Positions 56,395-64,000 of a stretch of DNA of 64,000 nt are shown one piece after another (within the stretch, counting starts at the first letter, position 1; every line of letters begins with the position of its first letter). Under the pieces are notes generated by a model. The model was given only the letters and a program-made list of their open reading frames with translations. It ran no database searches and had not been told where the DNA came from. The DNA is from Eledone cirrhosa (taxonomy: Eukaryota). Position numbers and translations under genes: made by a program. Location: assembly GCA_964016885.1 (NCBI GenBank), contig OZ024741.1:301940001-302004000 (forward strand), in the 5' to 3' direction.

Positions 56395-57387
56395 TATAAC
56401 AAGTTATCGTTATAGGTAATCCAGTTAGAGGTTATGAGTAGAGTACTCTGCGTCGTGGATAGTTTTAAAGTATGGCTTTGTTTGACTCAACAAGATGTTT
56501 CCATAGTTATGCAGCGAGGTCGCGGTAATTTCTATGCAGGTTATACTTGGAGTAATAATAGTTAAAGAAAGAAGAGTAACATGGTTGGCTGTACAATAAG
56601 GGCTTTATTTAAAGTACTGACAATTGTTTCGTTGATCAGGTGTGTCTAGAGTTCGCTAATCGCTTGAGGTTGCGTCAATCGATCTCCAATACATTGTTTA
56701 CCACTGGTCAACACATCAGAGTACGTAGATATGAAAATAATTCACTCGAGGCAAGACTTATATAGAAAAACAGCGTAAAACCAAAACAAAAACATCAATA
56801 ATAAAATAGCGTATATTTAAAACAATAACATCAATAATAAAACATGTATGGTAAATAGATAGAGAAGTTACAGATGTAAAAAGTAAAAAGTAAAATATAA
56901 GATAGGGTACATTAAAAAATAATAAGAAAATGAGAAAATGGAAAATATAAAGAAATAAATGGGTGAGAGAATGCAAGTAGATATTAGTAATTTTTGAGTC
57001 AGTGTTCTTATAAGGATTCGTTGGTGCTAACATGAGAAACCAGATTTGAGATGTAGATAAATACGTGTAGAGGGTCCGATAAAAGAAAAGACAATAAATT
57101 AGAGATTAATTGATCTATACATGTATTGTATTTATGGGCTAGGGATGACTGGACGTTTGATAAACGTTTGTTGTAAATGTTTTTCTGATTGTTCTATCTT
57201 AATGGGGTTTATGGAGGGAGGGTGGAAGAAATGTACAGAGATTTATGATCCAGTGACCATTTGGTAGTTTGATAGCTAATAGCGGTGCGATGGTATATAT
57301 TCTATATGTTAAAACCTAGGTGGTTCAGTACTAATTTCAGTACAAATTATTGTACAGCCAACCATGTTACTCTTCTTTCTTTAACTA
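56393..57387 (-). mobile_element. Penelope-type element in (TA)n with hammerhead and short inverted end
   Basis: 57347-57387 is the inverse of 56558-56598. HHR at 56614-56724(-): GUACU CUGAUGU guuga...ucaac GAAA CAAUUG UC AGUAC. The tail resembles the inverse of 14715-14900. Confidence 0.75.
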
Positions 57388-57445
57388 TATATATATATAT
57401 ACGATATATTAACAAATGTAAACTATATTTATAAAACCATATTTA

Positions 57446-57506
57446 TTTCATTATACATATTTCAAGGACACCAAGTTAAATTATGGTGTGCTTTCATCAG
57501 ATAAAA
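57446..57506 (-). ncRNA. Minimal type-I hammerhead ribozyme motif
   Basis: UUUUAU CUGAUGA aagcacacca...ugguguccuu GAAA UAUGUA UA AUGAAA, inside element 57401-57697 with 19-bp inverted ends. Confidence 0.82.
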
Positions 57507-57698
57507 TATAATATAGATCAGTTTTATAAATAAATATTGACATACCCTTAAAGAATGCGACCATTTCTGTTGGAAGCTCCCGGATAGTTTCCATTTGTTA
57601 ATATATCGTATTTTTACTCCAATAATTTGTTGAGTGCTTTATATCAGTTATAAAAATATTTGCTTGTTGTATCCCAACAATTTAAATAGAACTTCTAC

Positions 57699-57748
<50 letters not shown>

Positions 57749-58025
57749 TGGTAAACGGAATAGAAAATGCTGACAAATTATTCACAGTTGAAAAATGGTT
57801 TAATTAGGAATAAAAGAGTATTAGTGATTGTATGGGTTAGTATTCAGTTGTGGTTTTAAGTTTTTAAGTTTTTACCGGTTGCGCATTTCTAAATGCTTTT
57901 CAAAAATAATTTTGAGATAGAGTGTCCGTGCTGTTTGCTCTGATCTGTTTGCTCAGATCTCGTGCTGTTTGCTCTGATCTGTTTGCTCAATATATAATAA
58001 CTTGTGTGTTACACCTCTATTCTTT

Positions 58026-58088
<63 letters not shown>

Positions 58089-58249
58089 GACCCCGACGGC
58101 TGAGCTCCGGCCATTTCGACAGCTAGATCCAAACTAAGCTGTTGAAACGGCCGGAGCTCAGTCGTCGGGATCCTGACTCTTTTCCTATTATGCACTCTAC
58201 TACCCTACGTACTGAGTGCGTTATGGTCCACCTGGTATCTTACCACACC

Positions 58250-58342
<93 letters not shown>

Positions 58343-58762
58343 CACATATATATATTCCTCGTTATCTATAATAATATACTCTGCTCTGCGCGAGCATCGA
58401 GTGCTCAAACGGCATACCGCCTACGGACGCATTTAATTGCAACTATACAACAATTATATATATATAGATGTGTGTGTGGACTTGGATTTTCTTACTTTAA
58501 GTTGCTCGCATATTCTTCGATTTGTTGGGGTTTTTTCGCTGTTTTTCTCTTTTCTTACTTTTTTTCGCTTTTCCTTTCTATTTTCCTTCCCTCCCTCCAC
58601 CGTTTTCCCAATAACTTACCCAGTTATTGAACGCTCTGGGTGTAGATATATTGTCTTTAAAGCATTGAAATATCCGACATCCCCAGTAGACAACTGATGA
58701 GGAAAACTCACCCCCACCCCCACCCCGTTCTTGCTTTCTTCTTATTCTTTTTTCTATTTTAA

Positions 58763-58829
<67 letters not shown>

Positions 58830-58833
<4 letters not shown>

Positions 58834-60300
58834 TTAATAGAAAACCAAGGCAGATTTGCTGATATTCAATGATTCATTTATTGATTACTGGAAAATTTTA
58901 CACGTGTTTCAATGCGTTATGTAAACAGCCTATGAAATCTATATAAAATAATTCATTATCTCACACTGCTCGATAGTACTCAACGCATCTCTTCAAAGAA
59001 AATCCAGGGGAAAATGATGTTAAAAGCACGTAAAATCATGTTTATATAGAAGTTCTTATACACATACCCACATACATATCCTCCCTCTGATGCGTACGTA
59101 TGACCGTACATACACCTTCGTTTACAAACATACGCACACCTATATGTATATAGTCATTTGTACTCGCAGCCACTCATATAAATATGCATCAGCTTATCAG
59201 AATGTTTGAGATTAGCTAATGAATGATGGGCATGAATTGTTATGCATATGGGGAGTTATTATAGATACAAACCAGTGTTACATTGGGTGGTCGAAGTAAT
59301 CTGATGAAATACAATTCGTGGCTCGTGGATAACAAATTGGTTGGTGTTTGGCCAATCATTGGTATATAGGAGAAAGGATAATGATTAGTCCTAAAATTTA
59401 TGAGAGTTTAGGGAAATGGCTTTGCAGTCTAGAGAAATTGGTGAAAGGAATGGTATGGATGAAAGATAAGGTTAGTATATGATGTCGTATAGGCATGTGT
59501 ATGTCAGCTTGTGATTATGACGGCGGTGGCTTATTGAAGTGTAGATATATGACTGCAATAAAATATTATGAAAGAGTAAGGTAATGGAGATGTTCAGATG
59601 TATGTGCGGATATTAGATTTACACTAGATGGAAGTGTAGGGATTAAAGGATCAAATCTTGTATGGTAGTGTTATTCGATAGTGCGTGCTCTGTAATTTAC
59701 AGTAGATGTGTGCGTATGGAGTATGAGGTCGAAGAGTGTATTGTTATATTAGCTTGAAGTTTATATATGGATATGCTTATTGCCTAAATTGTAATACAAT
59801 TCATGTGTTCCGTAATGTACTGGTGGTTGTATGTGTGACAGTAAAATTTGTATATCGTCTATGTTCAATATATTTGTTGGTACCATAGTGCGTATATTAA
59901 GGTCCGTGGGCTGTCGTGGGGTGTTGTACAGTTAAGGAGATGTATATATGAGATTGGTTAGTAAGTGTGAAGATATGTGCTACTATGGATTGTATTTAGA
60001 ACAAATTTTTAAAGTTCTATATTGGCAATTGAAGATTCGACCGTGTCTTGAGTTTAATAGGTCCTTTCTGGTCATGTTTTCTAGCACTCTTAGTGAGCAA
60101 AGTTCTCATTCTGAATGCTCGACCTGATAAGGTCTGGCCGATCGTAAAACTGGCCATAATATTAATATCAACTATCGATTTGGAAATCTGTGAGTATATG
60201 TGTGTTTGTAGATGTACGTTTGATGGATGGGTGCTTTTTATTGGATATCCTAAGTGTGAGTGATTGTATGCAGGTCCGAATGTGTTTTCTGTATTTTTAA
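58830..60300 (-). mobile_element. Degenerate Penelope-like element with hammerhead-bearing pLTR
   Basis: HHR at 58888-59007(-): UUGAAGA gaugcguu...aacgcauu GAAA CACGUG UA. Upstream remnants LGYP (~60250), NLIY (~59950) and ITEH (~59810). Confidence 0.6.
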
Positions 60301-61660
60301 CTTTTAGGATGTGGGTGTTTTACGTGGTAGGAATTTATATGTAAAAAATAATTAGCATATATGTCTGGGGTCTCTGTTTTTGCCATGTATTTTCCTAATC
60401 ATAGATTTCAGTGTATGAAGCTACAACTCTATTTTATTGGATTATATACACTATGTGTTACTTCTTACTAAACAGTGATAAGTACCGTGTTTGATTGTTT
60501 TTTTAATCTTCACATATCCTCAAATATTTTTTTTACAAGTATTTAAATGTCTCAATATTTGGCAATAGATATTGTTAATAAACATTTTAATTTTTTGGAC
60601 TATTAACCTCACTTTTAAGATAAAAATAATCTAAATATTAAAAAGTGCTTTCCTCTTTAATGACGGAGATAATAGTAAACGAAAATAAAAAATTTCATTA
60701 ACAACATCTATTATTAGTTACTTAGACATTTAATTACTTTTGCATTCTACTTCATTTTATGTTTTGGTGTTTTACGGGGTGAAGTATTTGGTTTTGTGTC
60801 ATGATCAAGAAGATTTGCGTAAGCAATTAATTTGTGGAATATATCATGTAAATACAGTTTAATAGAAAACAAATTTAATTGAGAAGAATGGAATGTAAAA
60901 TAGGAAAATATGAAGAAAATAGAGAAAAAACGGAAAAGGCAGGGAATGCCAAGGACTCTAGTGTCACAGAAGAAGGGGGAGGGGAGGGTGATTGGACTCT
61001 GGACCTAGGGCGCGGTGGTAAAGGGGTTGCACCCCGTGGACAAGCTCGCAAATGCGAATACATTTCAGTTTGCTATTCTTTCTCTGTACTGAGTTGCTGT
61101 CCACTTACACATTGCTGATTATTGTCAAATATTCAAGATTAGAGGATTTGTAAAATCATTAAAGTGTTTGGAGAATTCTTACCAATATTTGTTGGGGTTC
61201 TTTACATTCTTAGTTCAAATCCCACCGAAGTCACTTTTGCCTTTCATCCATCTGAGGTTGAAAAAATAAAGTACTATTCAAGTTCTAGGTTCGATATAAT
61301 CGAGTTTCCCTCTCCCATAAATTGCTGGCCTTGTGCCTAAATTAGAAACTTAGAATATGGTTTTTAGAAAAACTTACGGGCAAGTATTAACCATTAAACA
61401 TTTCTGGTTAACTTGGTTATATTTTTTATGTATTTATAATTTAGGAGCCTTACATTATTTTTTTAATAGTCCCTTTTATTGCTCCCATCTTTTTCACAGT
61501 TGTCTGTTACATTGTGCTGTCGTTTTTGGTTACACTGAATATTTCTTTATTTTTTCTACCCGTTGCATTTACGAGATATGTGTTTCCTATGAGAACATAT
61601 ATTTTATTATAGGTTTCCAATTTCACGTACCAGGAAAGCGTGCTCAACGTTATAAAAAAA

Positions 61661-61695
<35 letters not shown>

Positions 61696-61704
61696 TGTAT
61701 AATG

Positions 61705-62342
61705 CTTGTGTTCTCACTGCACTTTTGTATGCCTCCGAAACCTGGACCATATACAGAAAGCGCATAAAGACTTTAGAAAAGTTTCATCAGAACTGTCTTA
61801 GACAGATTCTGGGAGTGAAATGGACAAGCCTTACATCTGATACAGTTGTAGTTCAATGTGCTAAAGGCATTTGATGAAAAGTAGCTTGTACTGGGTTGAG
61901 CCTGTTGTTCAGCTTGCAAATGAGAGAATACCAAAGCAATTGTTTTATGGAGAGCTAAATATAGGGAAGATACCTGCATGTAAGCCAAAGATATGATTTG
62001 GCGATAAGATAAAAAAACAACTTGAAAAGATTGGGGGTTGCATTGAACAACTGGGACACAGCTGTTTGCGATAGAGTTTTATAGCGGAAAGATCTGTGTG
62101 AGCGGGTGAAGAATTATGAGCTAAAGTGTATAGAGAATGTAAAACTGAAAAGGGCAGCATGGAAAATGTGTTGATTTTGAGCTAACTGAGTGTAACTTGT
62201 CCGCGAAAAAGTTGACGTATCCAGTTTGTGGTCGGATTTTTATGTCCAAAGCTGGGTACAAGGGACATTTAAAGAGTCGTGTGGAGAGACCCGAGTGGAA
62301 TACATAGGTCTGCAAGTTAATGATGCAGCCTTAACTTGCCAT
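61705..62342 (+). mobile_element. Old RTE-BovB-like 3' fragment with degenerate (TATG)n tail
   Basis: LTALLYASETWTIYRKRIKTLEKFHQNCLRQILGVKW...RIPKQLFYGEL. Confidence 0.8.
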
Positions 62343-62769
62343 GAGTATGTGTATATGTATGTATATATATATGTGTGTATGTACGTACGTTTGTGTGTGT
62401 ATATGTATGTGCGTATGTATGTGTGTATGTGCGTATGTATGTAAATGTACATATGTATGTGAAACAATCATGGTTATATAATTTCTTTTTATATTCGAAA
62501 GAAAACTATTCTTAGTACATTCTTTCTAGTTATGACCCCCATCGACCTAACTGAGTCCATATTTTAACTTTCTTTCTTACTTGCTTTTCCTTTATTTTTA
62601 CTAGATTCTTTCGTTGCTAATAAAACACTTTTAATAATTAGATATATACATCAATGTGCGGTAGTACTGAACTGACAGTGAAATCTAACTCCATCTCAGA
62701 AAATATTCTAAACCGGAGTTGATCTCAGCGCTTACATCAAATAAACCGTCGATCAATGTTGAAACGCAA

Positions 62770-63108
62770 TTACTTTGGGGGTCCTCCGAAGGGTCTTTAG
62801 ATAGATTGCATAGCTTGGAGATCAGAGGGTCACTCAAGTTAAAGCCGCTACTTCTCCGAATTGAGAAATCTCAGCTACGATAATATGGGCATGTGGTTAG
62901 AATAGCTGAACAAATTTTACGGGCAAACCAACCGGCAGGAAACCCAGGGGTAGACCCCGAGCAAGATGGTGGGATAAAATTCATGAATTCGGCTGGACTC
63001 GCTTGGGTATCTAACCGGATCAGTTGGAGACGGTTGCTTCTGACAGGACCCACTGGAAGAAGTGTTTGAGGACTCTGCCTCCACAACCCTCTCAGGAATA
63101 AGTGGGTG
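62770..63108 (+). mobile_element. Rex3/RTE-like 3' fragment ending in (AAT)n
   Basis: PLLLRIEKSQLR*YGHVVR...AGKPRGRPRARWWD. Confidence 0.7.
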
Positions 63109-63130
63109 AATAATAATAATAATAATAATA

Positions 63131-64000
63131 ATGCTTTCTTTATTAACCACAAGGGTTTACATAAAGTAGACATTAAGGACAGTACAGGACAATACAGGAG
63201 ACGGTACAAATGAGCATTTCTGCGTGTAAAAAAAAACAGAGGATGTAATAAAAAATAACAATGAAAAATTCCCCAATAGGGGGGAGACTTCCGAGGGACA
63301 TTTGTGGAGAAAGCCCATTAAAAGGCCACAGTGACCCTGACCACCAGGGCAAGTGCTCTCTCCCAGTTTTCCACCTTTAATTTACAGACAGATACTCAGA
63401 GTAGGCCCATTCACTCGGGCCATACTTGCCTCTCTCACCCATCTTTCAACAAAATGCTGGGAAGAGAGCACTTCCCTCTCCACCCTGAGTTTCCTTTTCA
63501 AATTAAATTTGAAAAAGTTAATCAGGGCATCACCGAAGAGGTAAGTGCTCGTCTTCAGCCCTTTCAAACGTGTCCACCATACTATCTCTTTCGCCATGGC
63601 CACCAGATAGATAAAAACTGCCTGCCCTTCCCGGCTAAAGGAAGAGGGCGGGGAAATCCTTACGATGGACTCAGCTGATAGCTGGATCCGTCCTACACGT
63701 GACAGCAGGTGTTCGACATAAACCCACAAGTCAGCAATGCTCGGACACTGGACGAGTGCGTGCAGGACGATTTCGTCGCCCTGCGCGCATCTCGGACATT
63801 CCCGGCTGACGGCACCTCCATGCCTGTAGAGTTTATCCGGAACTGGCAAAGCTCCTCGGTAGGACTTCCAGGCCAGGGATTTCTGGAAGTTGTCCATAGG
63901 CCCCGGCCCGAAAGTCCTTACGAAGATATTGGCTAGTTGATTTTCGTCGACGCCTAGAGCTTCTCCAAGTACGTCGTCGCTCTTCCCCTCCACTGATCCT
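63131..64000 (-). mobile_element. Tx1/L1-like element 3' part (same family as 1-1149) with (ATT)n tail
   Basis: ORF 63382..63993 is near-identical to the C-terminus of ORF 4..1047. The full 3' UTR matches 8359-8620. Confidence 0.92.

Noticed and set aside
57876-57895. Hammerhead 3' half (minus GAAA TGCGCA)
   Set aside because: Not followed by UH, and no CUGANGA upstream.
58690-58712. Hammerhead at CTGATGAGGAAAACTC
   Set aside because: 5' core and short stem present, but no following GAAA-palindrome-UH; at most a truncated vestige.

Overview
AT-rich, microsatellite-dense eukaryotic DNA. The SINE repertoire suggests an octopus or other cephalopod (inference). The window is almost entirely retroelement debris, sorted by microsatellite type. 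(ATT/TAA)n tracts carry R4/Dong-like RLE elements, Tx1/L1-like elements and Rex3/RTE ends. (CATA/TATG)n tracts carry a second set of R4-like elements and RTE-BovB-like elements. (TA)n tracts carry one nearly complete Penelope-like element (RT + GIY-YIG) and more than a dozen short, mostly non-coding, often fold-back elements. The main hidden signal is that these TA-embedded elements contain minimal type-I hammerhead ribozyme motifs: stem I-CUGANGA-stem II-GAAA-palindromic 6-8 nt-UH-stem I. By eye I count 9 with intact cores, 5 with one core substitution and several vestiges, from many unrelated sequence families and often with greatly expanded stem II. Also present are two internally deleted bipartite non-autonomous LINE derivatives, tRNA-derived SINEs, a CRE-like fragment, a VWA5A-like pseudo-exon and a few weak candidate host exons. 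No intact host gene can be supported. All coordinates were read by eye and element boundaries are approximate.
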